From the human T2T-CHM13v2.0 reference genome, Homo sapiens, in assembly GCF_009914755.1 (NCBI RefSeq), contig NC_060927.1: a DNA stretch of 64,000 bases, one strand, 5' to 3'. A program made the position numbers and the translations under genes. Under the pieces are notes generated by a model, which ran no database searches, had not been told where the DNA came from, and saw only the letters and a list, made by a program, of their open reading frames with translations. Below, piece by piece: positions 14,141 to 25,702 of this stretch. The stretch's first letter is position 1, and every line of letters starts with the position of its first letter.

Positions 14141-15264
14141 TATTTCAGAAGAGTCTCAGAGAGAACCCTAGGGCCTGACTGTATGGGAGTGGGGGTTGGT
14201 GGGGAGTCAGTTGCAACTTCCCAGTCACAGGAGGTTTGTTGCAGCAATACAAGAGGGGCACTTCATTTATCATGACACTATTGATTCTTCCAAATAGTGC
14301 TAAGCTTATTGTTTTTGCTGCAATGATGACCTATTTCTCTTTTGGTTATTCTAGGTAGATGAATTACCGGAGTTTAGTTTTTTCATAAAGGAGATTGATT
14401 CACTTTTAAACTATATCCAGAGTTGGTGATGTGGAATGAGGTGTTTGTCTTTAAAAAAATAATTAGTTTAGCTTAACTACATTTTAACTTACTGACAGGC
14501 ATGACAGAGATGGATTTGGAGGGGGAATACTCATGAAACTCTAGTTACCACTCAAATAACTCAAATAAATGATGCCACTTTATTTCTGAGATGGCTGGAT
14601 GAGACTTTGTTAGGGATCCTGAAATTATAAATATACTAATCCACTCAGTAATAAATGTTTAGAAAGAGACTATAAATTCTCTAGGGCCAACCAAGCACAT
14701 CAGTTGGCTGAGTTAGCAAACAGGGAGGATTTATTACTCATCGGAGACAGGCTGACCAAGATGAACTGTTTGGTATTGTGAACAACCTTTTCTCTTGTAA
14801 AACTTGTGATGTCACTTTGACACCATATCAGAGATAGCCATTATATCTTGATCTTTTCAGAATTAGCAATCTCTGGTAACTGGACCAAAATAGTTTCTTA
14901 AATATTTCATACTTTACTATTTTCATAATACCATTAAAGTTATATGCAAAACATGATGGACAGTTTATAAAAAAAATGCGTGTAGATAGTGTTTTCCATG
15001 AAAATAATTAGAGGGAAAAACTCATAAGCATCCAGCATGAATAGTTATAGTTTCAAAAGGAACAATAAGGATAATGGTCTAGCCGAAAACTTCCAATAGA
15101 ACTTTCTAGAATGATATAGAACTTTGGGAAATGATGCACCTTCCAGAATGCATCATTTGTATAAGCTTCGGGTCTTTAAAAGGAACGCCAAAGTGTTAAC
15201 CTTATCTAATATAAAATGTAGAATCAGAATTGAATTTTTTGGAAAAAGACCAAAAAAAGTTAAG

Positions 15265-15380
15265 CATTGGTATGAATTTGGACAAGTCAGTTAACCTCAT
15301 TGTATCTCCATATCCTTGCTATAAAATGAAAAAGTAGGAAGAAAGAGTAAAGCCCCTCCAGCTCTAAATTTTATGATTTT
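15265..15380 (+). mobile_element. MIR3-like fragment
   Basis: ttggacaagtcagttaacctc..tataaaatg..cctccagctctaaattttatgatt. Confidence 0.6.
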
Positions 15381-15647
15381 CTTAAGTCTAACAATAATTA
15401 AAAATTGTGTGATAAACTAGTTTGTTCATACCTGTGGCATACATGGTGCTTCTCTGAGAGTCCTATGGTTGTAACATTAAGCAAATATCTAATTTCCACC
15501 TTCAAATTACCTAATCATAGTCATAGGAAGATGAGCAGCCAGGACATTAGATGACTGGTGGTTGGGGATATTGGCAAATCTGGTTGAAAAAAAATTAACT
15601 TTGGTCAGTATAACAGGTATGTTAGCAAAGCTTAAGTAAACAGCTTA

Positions 15648-15990
15648 ATTTATTCCTTCATTCACCAACTACTTATTTATCCCTTCTATAACTCAGGAAC
15701 TATGTTAGTAGATGAGAATACAAAAATTAATAAAACCCAATGCCTTCCCCCAACAACTATACAGGGTAAATGGCTAAGACAGATAAAGAAGCCTAGAATG
15801 GCCCATTTGGAAAGATTAAGAGAAGGCAATGAATTTTAACGAATGTGATTAATTTAGCCAGGCAGAAAAAATTATGTAGAGGCAGGTAGTGGGATTGGGG
15901 TTGGATAAGATTTGGGGCAAATTTCAGGTGGAGTCTTCAGTATGTACAGAGGTGTGAACACGGGAAATAATTTATTGCACATTATGATCT
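15648..15990 (-). mobile_element. L2 fragment
   Basis: ttattccttcattcaccaactacttattta..caggaactatgttag. Confidence 0.55.
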
Positions 15991-16429
15991 AAGAAGAAAT
16001 ACGGCTTCAGAGTTGTAATTTGCAATAGCTACACTCTTCCAGGGAGCTAGAGCAAGTGAGAGTAACACAATAGCGAGTGATGGGGGGCTGTGCTCGGCTG
16101 GAGGGCACAGACTCTCTCTAAGGGAAAATGTCAGTACTCAGCCCCAGTGGACCCCTATCTTGGAGAAGACAGAGCTGCTGTTACTATAAGGCTTTTACCA
16201 CATCTTTTGAAAAAGTGATCACTTGGTCATGTGAGAAAGGCTATAATACATGATAGACATGTTTAAATCACTGCTTAAAAGAAGCAAAACATGGTTTCAA
16301 GGCTATATGTGTTAAAAGCCTTGTGGGATATATTGTTTTACATTAATTACAATCAATATTATTACTGCATTAAATGTAAGAAGTTTTCCTTTCTTATAAT
16401 CTCAAAATCTGTCCGTAGGAATCAACAGT

Positions 16430-16775
16430 ATTTTAAAAACTTTTTAATTGTAAAAAATTTTAAACATACACAAAATTAGAGAGAATAACATAATCTAGGT
16501 ACCTGATACCCAGCTCCAACAATTATCAACATTTTACCATTCTTGTTTAATCAATGTATTCACTCTTTAAATCCCTTCATTTCATTCCTTCATCCATAAC
16601 AACTACTATTTCTCCAAAAGATAAGAAGTTTCAAAACATTATCACACTGGATAATATTGCAATAATCCATTATTATTATCTGATACCCAGTTTATGTTCA
16701 ACCTTTCCTGATTATTTCATTAAATGTCTCTTTTTCTTTTAGTTTGTTTAAATCAGGATCCAGACAAGGTTTTAA
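16430..16775 (-). mobile_element. L1MC-type 3' end
   Basis: aattttaaacatacacaaaattagagagaata..acccagctccaacaattatcaacatt..aatcaggatccagacaagg. Confidence 0.65.
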
Positions 16776-16939
16776 GTCCATTTGCAAAGCTCTTCTCAAA
16801 AATGATTTTGCAACAGACAAAGCTATTTACTTTAAAGAAACTGTGTTGCCCTTAACGATAAACATATAAAAAGTGGGCCATGATTAATGCTCTTTTTTTT
16901 TTTTACTTTTTTTTTACTTTTTTTTTTACTTTTACTCTT

Positions 16940-17135
16940 CCGGGCTCAGTTAATTATTGTTCTGTGACCTTGATTTTAACCTTTTGCTTAAATTCCTTCA
17001 TCTGTAGAATAGGGATTTAAAAAAAATCTATCTCGTTGAGTCCTTAGTAGGATTAAATTAAATAAATCAGTATTGGGGGATTTAGAATAGCACCTAGTAC
17101 AAGGCGAGCCTTATGTAAGGGTTTGTTAAATAAAT
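16940..17135 (+). mobile_element. MIR SINE
   Basis: tgtgaccttg..ttcatctgtagaataggg..ggattaaat..tttagaatagcacctagtaca. Confidence 0.65.
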
Positions 17136-17148
17136 TTTTTTAAAGTAA

Positions 17149-17240
17149 TTCCCTTCCCTCCCTCTCCCCCTCCCCTCCCTTCCCTTCCCCTCCCCTCCCC
17201 TCCCCTCCTTTCCCCTCCCCTTCCCTTCCCTTCCCTTCCC
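17149..17240. repeat. (CCCCT/CCCTT)n polypyrimidine repeat
   Basis: Directly visible pentamer array. Confidence 0.95.
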
Positions 17241-17341
17241 CATGTTGGCCAGGCTGCTCTCAAACTCCTGGCTTCAAGAGATCTGCTCTCCTCAGCCTCC
17301 CAAAGTGCTGAGATTACAGGCCTGAGCCACCATGTCCGGTC
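17241..17341 (-). mobile_element. Alu left-monomer fragment (FLAM/AluJ-like)
   Basis: catgttggccaggctg..caaactcctggcttcaag..cctcagcctcccaaagtgctgagattacagg..gagccaccatg. Confidence 0.85.
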
Positions 17342-18369
17342 ATTATGACCCCCCCTTATCAGAGAGAGATATATATATATATATATTTCCTTTTAGACTG
17401 GAAGATCCCTGCCCTCATTTTCAAGTGACTTGTGTGATGTTCTCTATTTTGTGCAGTGAGGTAGTCTGCCATTTAAAAATAAAGCCCTTAATGTTTAAAA
17501 AGAAAAATACAAAATAGGATAGTTAGGTTTTTTTTCATTGTCAGAAAGGCAAGTGTCAACAACATCATAGAGAAAGTTGTGGAATCTCCCCTGTTTGTGT
17601 ATTGAATGAATTATAATAACATTGATAACATCTTAAATACCAGAAGGCTTATGATCCTTTTATTTTTATATGTGGAAAAACTTGGGAAATTTGGCTACGG
17701 TTTTCTTGTTGTTCTATTATAAGAAGAAAGGGGGTTCTTTGTGGCATTACTGCATTTAATATGCAGATAACCTTCTGCCTTAGATGACACATAAAATGAT
17801 GCTCAAATTCTAAGATCCTTTTTTATCATCCCAGAGAGAATCAATTTGTACAAACTTGATAAATAGCGATAGTCCCTATTTTTTGTTTTTAAAGTCAAAA
17901 GAAGCCAGTAAGCTGAAGAAATCATGGGAAGAGTTGGGTCAAGCAATTCCAGACAAAGCATTCCAGACTGCTTCCAACTTCAGAGAAATTTTCTGACCGC
18001 CATCTTAGACTTTCCTTATCTATGATGTCATACTAAAAGAACACTTTGACTATGTAACAACAGATTATAAATACATAACCTACAATTTGTATTTTTGCCT
18101 CTCAATCCAAGATACCAAAAATTATATTTAAAAAAATTAGATGAGTCCTAAACTTCATATTTATAGGATTCAAACAAGTTTAGTAGCTATATCCTCACAT
18201 TCTTCTTTAGTGTGTTTTTTTTGTATAAAGTTCAGAAACACTGCTTAACAAATACAGAAAATGCTGCTAGTGTTTTACTATTTTAATTTGAACTTTATAT
18301 ATCTCTTAAACTATAAGTATCCTTAGCAAATAGTTGGCAGTCATAGAAATTATCATCTTTACGTTTAAT

Positions 18370-18478
18370 CCCTCTCTCTCTTTCTTTCTTTCCTTTCTTT
18401 CTATTTCTTTCTTTCTTTCTCTTTCTTTCTCTCCTTTCCTTCTTTCTCTCTTTCCTTCATGCCTTCCTTCCTGCCTGC
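18370..18478. repeat. CT-rich (CTTT/CCTT) simple repeat
   Basis: Directly visible. Confidence 0.9.
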
Positions 18479-19010
18479 CATTATCAAGCACTTGAAACTC
18501 AACATATATAACACTTGTAAAGTCCTGAGAATGTAAAAGCAGATAAGACATGCTAGCTGCCCTCACCATGCTCACAGTCTAGTGGGGAAGACAGATTGTG
18601 TAAACAATCAGCATTGTCATGACTTAGAGGTGCCATGATTGAAACTTCATGGTGAGAACATGCAGAGCCATGGGGATATAAATATAAATTTTCCCCTCTT
18701 GGCAAAGGTAAGGCCTACATAACAGCTAAGTTACAGAGTGGATCTGAGGTAGGGAATGCTAAGGGGGAACAGGTTTGGATGAGGAAATTTGAAGTGACTA
18801 CAATATATCTAAATGGCAATGCCAGGTAGGTTATTGAAAATGGGGGTTTAGAGTTTAGAAGAAAACATCAACCTGAACACTGGTGAGCCAACAGCATTCA
18901 GGCAGAAGTTAAAGCCAATGATGTGGGATAACATTCTACAGGAGTCCAAAAGACAATCGCCTCAACATCCCCAAGGGAAACTTCATTCTATTAGAGACAG
19001 AATGAAAAGG
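18479..19010 (-). mobile_element. L2 fragment
   Basis: ctgccctcaccatgctcacagtctagtggggaagacaga resembles antisense L2. Confidence 0.65.
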
Positions 19011-19724
19011 AATCTATGTTTTCTAAATGCATTTTAAATCCTTCCCTGAGAGCCAGCTTTGAAAAAGCATCTTGGCTCTAAGGAAGCAAGAGAAAGTATA
19101 ATGGAGGGGAGAGAAGAGGAGAGGGGGAATAAAACTGGTTTGAATTGTTCGTGATCTCTAAGTAAGAAAGAGAGCAGGTATTCAAACCTAGAATTCAAAG
19201 CCCATTCTGTTTCCCCATGAAAGCCATGGGTCAAAGACTCAGGGAGAATTTCTGGATACAGCATATTCTCAGCTGTGAGAGGCAGAATAAGGGGTTTTGT
19301 GAATTTAAAGATGGGTTTGAGACTCATCTTGGAGAGTGATTTGTAAATATATAGATTAAGTTTCCCTGTAAAGTTAGGTTGGGAACCAAAGATGAAAGTG
19401 TTTACTAAGAATGCTGATGCAAAATGTCTTGGAAAGGAAAAGAGTGTTATTTAAGCACATAACTATGCCTCCAGGTTTATCTCCTCGCGTTATTATAGGT
19501 AGTTGTTAAAGAACTTGTGTAACAGGTAATCAAGCATCTTGAGGACAGTAGCTTTGATGAGTCGTCTCTGAGTATGAATCCCCTGATTTCATCTCCTGTG
19601 GGTCTCTGCTGTCAGCCACTCTAAAACCTTGCAGCAAGGCCCAGTGTACAGGGGGTATGGGCTAGGATGTAAGCCTCATGAGGAGACCTGCGTGATTCTC
19701 CACATATCTTTCCATGCTGACATA

Positions 19725-19990
19725 CCATACCACCTCTGTGACCTTGGGCCAGTTTTGTAGCATGTCTGAGCTTCAATTCCCAGATCTGTAAAATAAAGAC
19801 AAGAGTCCTTACCTCCTGAAGACTCAACATGATAATCTAAGCATCATCAGAATGGGGTGTTAGCCTTGTTCTAGACCAATTCCTACCTCATAGAATAATA
19901 AGCATTTCATAAATATTTGTTGAATGAGTAAAAGTACATAAAGTATGTAAGTGTGTCTAGCATAAAATAGGTGCTTAAGAATTATTTACT
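19725..19990 (+). mobile_element. MIR (interrupted, includes an L2-end-like patch)
   Basis: ctgtgaccttgggccag..tctgagcttcaattcc..atctgtaaaata; taaatatttgttgaatgag; gcataaaataggtgcttaa. Confidence 0.6.
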
Positions 19991-20184
19991 TCTTCCGGAA
20001 ATTAGTACGGGCACTCACTCTTCCCATCTCCCAAGCTTAGGTAAATACACTTCTATCTCATCTGCCTATACATATTACAGATGTGCTCAATTTCTTAAGG
20101 AAACACCATTGATGTACTTCCTTGGACTTAGACTTCACCTGAAAATCAACAGAGAAAGTATCACAGGATGAAATACAGTTGCAA

Positions 20185-20466
20185 AGCAATATTTCACAAT
20201 GTTCCAAGTGATTTCCAAAGACTGTTAATGGGAGCTATGTGGGAATAAAAACATATCAAATGTCAAGTCCAAAAATGTTGAGGGATCACTGCCTTAAACA
20301 GGTTTCTTCATTCTTGGACTTTTCAAAACCTTTATTTTTCTAATGCAAATTGTGATTCTCCAAGAGGTGAGTAAAATACACAACTTCCCAACCCTATTTG
20401 ATCAAAGGACCCTTTTGTCATAGAAAATATTTCATTTTACTGAGATAACTCTTTGGGAAATATGGA
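20185..20466. mobile_element. hAT-Charlie DNA transposon relic (MER113-like)
   Basis: cttcccaaccctatttgatcaaaggaccctttt..ctttgggaaatatg. Confidence 0.4.
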
Positions 20467-21664
20467 TCTAATCATTAGCTAGAAGAGTAGACACAAGGCA
20501 AAAGAATTCATTTTTATGGGGTAGTAAAACACTTTTTTAGGTCAGGGAAGGCTTATTTAGGATTGAGATGTGGAGCTCTCACAACCCAAGACAGTCATCG
20601 AGGAAATTTCCTTCCAATGAAGCAGTTAGGTGAGTGAAAACAAATGAACATAAAATATGTATATAATAACACCTTGGGAAAATTGAACATCTCTCCATTT
20701 AACATCTGTCACATAGATAATTGTAGCAACTAGATTGATTATGAGAGAGGAAACTGGAAGTTCAAAAGGGAAGCAGCTGAGTTTGCTTATATCACCTGCA
20801 AAGGGACTACTTTCTTTGGCAGATTGATATTGCACAAAGGTTTGAAGTTTCATTAAAGACGCATGGTTGGATGCTGTAACAGTATGTTACAGAACGTGTG
20901 TGTAATCAGACAATACGTTGCATCAGGCTATCAGAAAATATAATAGTATTATACATGCATCCTGGACTGTGCTATGCTGTACATGACATCCTTATACAAG
21001 GAAACTATATAACATCATGTCATATCTGAATAACAATAAAAATGTGATCAGCACATTAATAGTAAAATGACAGGTCAATTCCTCTGAATCATGATTTAGT
21101 GTCAATTGGGATTTTTTCCCTTGTGCAATTTTATAATACTTCAATGTCTATTATAATTGTGAAAAGCATAGATGTTTGCATTTTCTGAAAGTCCTGGTTA
21201 TGTAAAATGGAAGAATTCAAAAACAAAAACAAAACATGAACAAGGACAAATAGCACAACAGAATTGTTAAGTTAACCATGTCAAGGGGGGCATTCACACC
21301 TGCAGATAATACTCTCTTCTTTACATGTAAACTTCCTGCTGAAAGCAGGTCAGAGTTAACAGCTGAATCAACTTGGAGAGTTTTAAAAAAACAATTAGTT
21401 TTATGTTCCTTTAAATAATTGCTTCATTATATTTTGTACATCTGTGCAGGGGTCTGATGATGACATTTGGTAAATTTCCAAATAGCTATAAAACCAGGGG
21501 AATACCAGTTAAGCAATAGTATAATCCACCTGTAGGTTAGAAAGAGGCTTTATATAATAGCTAAAACAAACAAACAAAATCCTTAAACAAAAGAATTGAT
21601 TCTGCTCTGTGAGGAAATAATTCTGTTTCAGGTAATGATATCAGATACCGTATTTTTAAAAATA

Positions 21665-21950
21665 AAATTGTCAGTAGTTCAGAAGAGACCAACAAAAATG
21701 TTAAAAGGTTTGGAAAACAAGACCTGTGAGAAATAGTTAAGAGAATGGGAATATTCATTCAAGTCAAAGGAGGCTGAGGGGAGATATAACTGTCTACCTA
21801 AAAGTTAAATGATGTTACAAGCAAAAGAGGCATTAATTATTAGTGGTAGTAGAAGAGGGTAGTTAGAACAAAAGAGCTGCACTCATTTTATTTAGTATTA
21901 GGAACAATTTTTGTAGCCAAAAATCATTCATATGATAGAATTAACTGCCA
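21665..21950 (+). mobile_element. L3/CR1 LINE 3' relic
   Basis: Translates VQKRPTKMLKGLENKTCEK*LRE, resembling the CR1 ORF2 C-terminal VQRRATKMIKGLE..YEERLKEL. Confidence 0.75.
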
Positions 21951-22659
21951 TTACTATTGCTACAGTAATTTGTTATGATAAGAAAGGAAACGTATGTCAA
22001 AGCATTCATGGATTCATAAATTAACCTATAATAAATGAATGAGCATCACAATTCACAATAAGAATATTCTTAAATACTTAAATCACAAATGGCCGATGCT
22101 TTTAGTAAAGAAGCACAATTAGCAAATACAAAAATTTGACATTTGTTCTTTGAACTATCTGATAATAAATTTTTTATAAAGTTATAATTATCAAAGAATG
22201 GAACTATCATATGAACTGACAGAAAGGGTTGAAGAAACAGAAGATGAAACCTAGAAATGCATTCTTACTTTTTGTATAGAGTAAAATACATTCTTACATT
22301 ATCATATAGAGAATTAATATATGACAAGAAAGTAGGAAAATAAATTACATTTTTAAATTTGTTAAGAAGAAAGGGGAAAAGAAAATTTTATTTTATAGAT
22401 TAGGCAAAACAATTGATTAATGATTTGGATAAAATTAAGGTAATAGTCACATGTTACACCAAAAGGAAGTCTTGCTGGATTAAAACAAGATTTTCAACAG
22501 GTGGTAATGGGAGATGATGGGGGGTGTATATGACAATCTTTTCAAGGTTTTGTGAACTACAAATGTTTCCCCCACTCTGAGAGTCTGCTATACTTCCTGA
22601 GAGTTACAACTCTGTCCTTGGTGAGAAAATTGAAGTTAAATAGATATAGTGATTTGCCT

Positions 22660-22770
22660 AAGAATTAATTGAACAAGTATTTATTTAGGATCTGCTATTC
22701 ACCAGATATTATGCTAGGCACTAGAAATAGATAGATGAAAGGGTAAGATCCCTGTTCTAGTGAACTTTAG
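22660..22770 (-). mobile_element. L2 3' end (left part; continues at ~23664-23910)
   Basis: ttgaacaagtatttattta..atgctaggcactagaaata..tccctgttctagtgaacttta. Confidence 0.6.
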
Positions 22771-22781
22771 TGTACACCTGC

Positions 22782-23114
22782 TGTTTTAGTCCGTTGAGAC
22801 TGTTATATACTATAGGCTGAATGGCTTAAACAACAAACATTTATTTCTCACAATTCTAGAGGCTGACAAGTCCAAGATCAAGGTGTCACCAGATCCTGTG
22901 AGAGCCTGATTCCTGGTCTGCAGATAGTCATCTTCTCATTGTAACCTCACACAGTGGAGAGAGAGAGAGCAAGATCCCCTGTGTCTCTTCTAATCCTGTT
23001 CATGAGGACTTCACCCTCATGACCCAATTACCTCCCAAAGGCCCCACTTCCTCATACCATAACATTGGGGATTAGGTGAATTTGGGGATAGATACAAACA
23101 TTCACTCCATAGCA
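22782..23114 (-). mobile_element. Solo MaLR LTR, MLT1A-like
   Basis: TG..CA ends; perfect 5-bp TSD CCTGC (22777-22781 and 23115-23119); atttatttctcacaattctagaggctg..aagtccaagatcaagg. Confidence 0.85.
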
Positions 23115-23119
23115 CCTGC

Positions 23120-23620
23120 TGTTCTCATCTGCCGAACATCCACACACTTATCTTCTGATGGCAGCACCCTGATTTTCCTGTGGGAAACCATAATACTTCC
23201 AACCTCAAATGATGGGGTTTAGATAGAATTTCTTCCACCCCTAACCCCAGGTAGGAATATGGAATTTTGCTTGGCTAATGAGTGTGCATTACACCCCGGC
23301 CACAGTGATTGGTTCAAGAATAAACATTGAAAGGCAGTCTTGGCTCTGATGTTGGGACTATTGGTTGGATGATATCCTCCTTGCTTTGGTATTTCTAGGC
23401 TAGTAGAAAGTAACCCAGAGTTACTATAGGTCATTTTGCCACTAAGTAGAAAAATTTGCCTTAGGATGAATTGAAGAAGTAAAGCAGAAAAACAAAGAAA
23501 GAAACAGCATATTCTTATTGTATTATTTGAACTGCTGGATACAGCCTTGCCTGCAGGTGACTATTCCTGAACTTTCAAATTGTGTAAACAAATAATTTTC
23601 TTTTTGTGGTTGTTTTCTCA
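23120..23620 (+). mobile_element. MaLR LTR, MLT1K-like
   Basis: gcaccctgattttcctgtgggaaacca..ggccacagtgattggttcaag..ctggatacagccttgcctg. Confidence 0.6.
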
Positions 23621-23624
23621 TTAG

Positions 23625-23663
23625 TTTTTTTTTTTGTTTGTTTTTTTTTTTTTTTTTTTTTTT
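23625..23663. repeat. Poly(T) tract
   Basis: Directly visible, with two G interruptions. Confidence 0.95.
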
Positions 23664-25032
23664 GGTGGGGAAGAGACAGGCAATCAATAAGCATGTTTAA
23701 ACAGTAAATCAAATCAAATGGTGGAAGGTGATAAGGTTATGGAGAGAAGACTAAAGTAGAGCAGGGCATGATGTGTATGTGTGGAGGGGAGCACAATTTA
23801 AAAAAATGAGTGGCCAAACTAGGACCTTCTGAGAAGGTGACGTCTGCAAAAAGACTTGAAAAGTTTGAGGGACATCTGGAGGAAGAGTATTTAGAAAGTC
23901 TACATCCTAAGACAGGCGATTAATAAAGAAATCTAACTTTTACAAAAGAATCTCTGCCCTACCTTCCTCTCTATGGTGGAATCCTATTAATTTCTTTTCA
24001 ACTGCTGTATTTCAATTGATCTTGGACAGTTATTTGTTAATAAGGAATACAAATACTACTCAAGAAGCTCTAGATTTTAGAAGCTGAAATCAAGAGAAAA
24101 CTGGCTAAAATTGGCTATGTATTATTATATGTATATAATTATATATATGTATATGTATGTATATAAACTTTTATTTTTTCAAAATTCTACTTATGGATAA
24201 AGTTTTCAAATGTAAGCTATTTGTCCCTTGCTTTACTTTTGAAAAGTAGATTTAATAAGCTAATATTTAAGCCTGTGTACAATGATTCCACAATCAGAGT
24301 TTAGAATATTTTCTAAACAACCACTTAGAACAAACTATACTAACTAAGGTACTATCAGCCTTAACAGAAGCAATACTGGCAAACAATTATTTTCATTGCA
24401 GCACTGACAATTATGTAAATGTGTCTGGAACAGCAATGGGCACCTAATTATGACATCTAATTATGCCAATTTATGTATATACCTCCTTAAACAACATTTT
24501 ATTTATAACTCCCTCACTTATTCAAAGACAAGATAAAGTAAAGAGACATTAACCATAGACAATTGCTTCGTCTTTTTATTATGAATACAACCTAATCTAT
24601 TGGAATCTCAATAATCTGGTATATGTCCTCTTCATGTGAGTTTGTTTTTCACTCAATCTCTTTTGAATTTCATAAGGTGAGCAGAAATGAATGTGCTCTA
24701 GATGAAGAATTGATAGCATTCATTTTCTCTTCCTAGCAGAGGGAGCTATCCCATTTCACCTTACTTGAGCAAAAAATCAACATCGATTACTCCTTCTACT
24801 AAGCATGAGAAAATGATTCTACCCTCAACCACAAACAGAATAACTCAAGAAATACATATTATCACCATATCAGCATTATTTCCTCTAATTTAGATGTTTT
24901 CATTTAGGGTCTTTTTTTCTTCCTTTTTTCTTTTCTTTCTCTCACTCTCCTTTAAATTCTTTCTTTAAAAAACTATGGAATTTCTTGGAATTCGATAACA
25001 TCTTTTGACTTCTACAGAGAAGTGTTATAAGC

Positions 25033-25292
25033 TTTCTCAGATATGTTCTCTAGAAGCAGAGTCTAAGATGAGGATCATGGTGCTAGGTGATGTACTGGCA
25101 GACTGCTCTCAGACAAGGGGAGTAAGTGAAGCACAGTATGGCAGGGCTAGGAACAGGCAAGAAAGTAGGTTCAATTGGAAATTAACCCCAGACTGCGCCT
25201 GAGGGGAGCTCTGGAACATGAGTTGTGCTAGAGAGTTAGGCCCACCTTGAGGCAGGGAGCTGGTTTTCATATCACAGAATGAGTTAGTCATT
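25033..25292 (-). mobile_element. ERVL LTR fragment (LTR16-like)
   Basis: ttctctagaagcagagtctaagatgagg..ggggagctctgga..cccaccttgaggcagggagctgg. Confidence 0.55.
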
Positions 25293-25561
25293 CACCTATT
25301 TTAGTATATCTGTGCCAGTAAAAGTCAGAAAATATTTCATTCATTTGCATGTGATTCATGCCATTGACCTGCCAGAGAGCGTAGATATGTTGTCTCTCAG
25401 TTCTAAGCCTTTTGATTCTAAATTTACATTTGAAATACTTTTTATTTTCTTCTCAGAACAAAACGTACCCACTCTCTTGTTCCAAAACATTACATTTGCC
25501 CTCCATATTATAGTTCACAGACCCTGACTGGTATGAAAGGGCTGAAGAGTTACATCTAGAC

Positions 25562-25702
25562 ACTTGGTAAAGTGTGGTCGGCAGGCCAGCAACATCACCT
25601 AGAAGCTTATTAGTAATGCAGGCCCCAACAACTCCAACCCATAAAATCAAAATCTATTAACAAAGATCCTGTGGATCTTTGTTAAAAAGTTTGAGAAGCA
25701 CC
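25562..25702. mobile_element. MER5A-like DNA transposon
   Basis: aaagtgtggtc..ccagcaacatcacctagaagcttattag..aaagtttgagaagcac. Confidence 0.7.
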
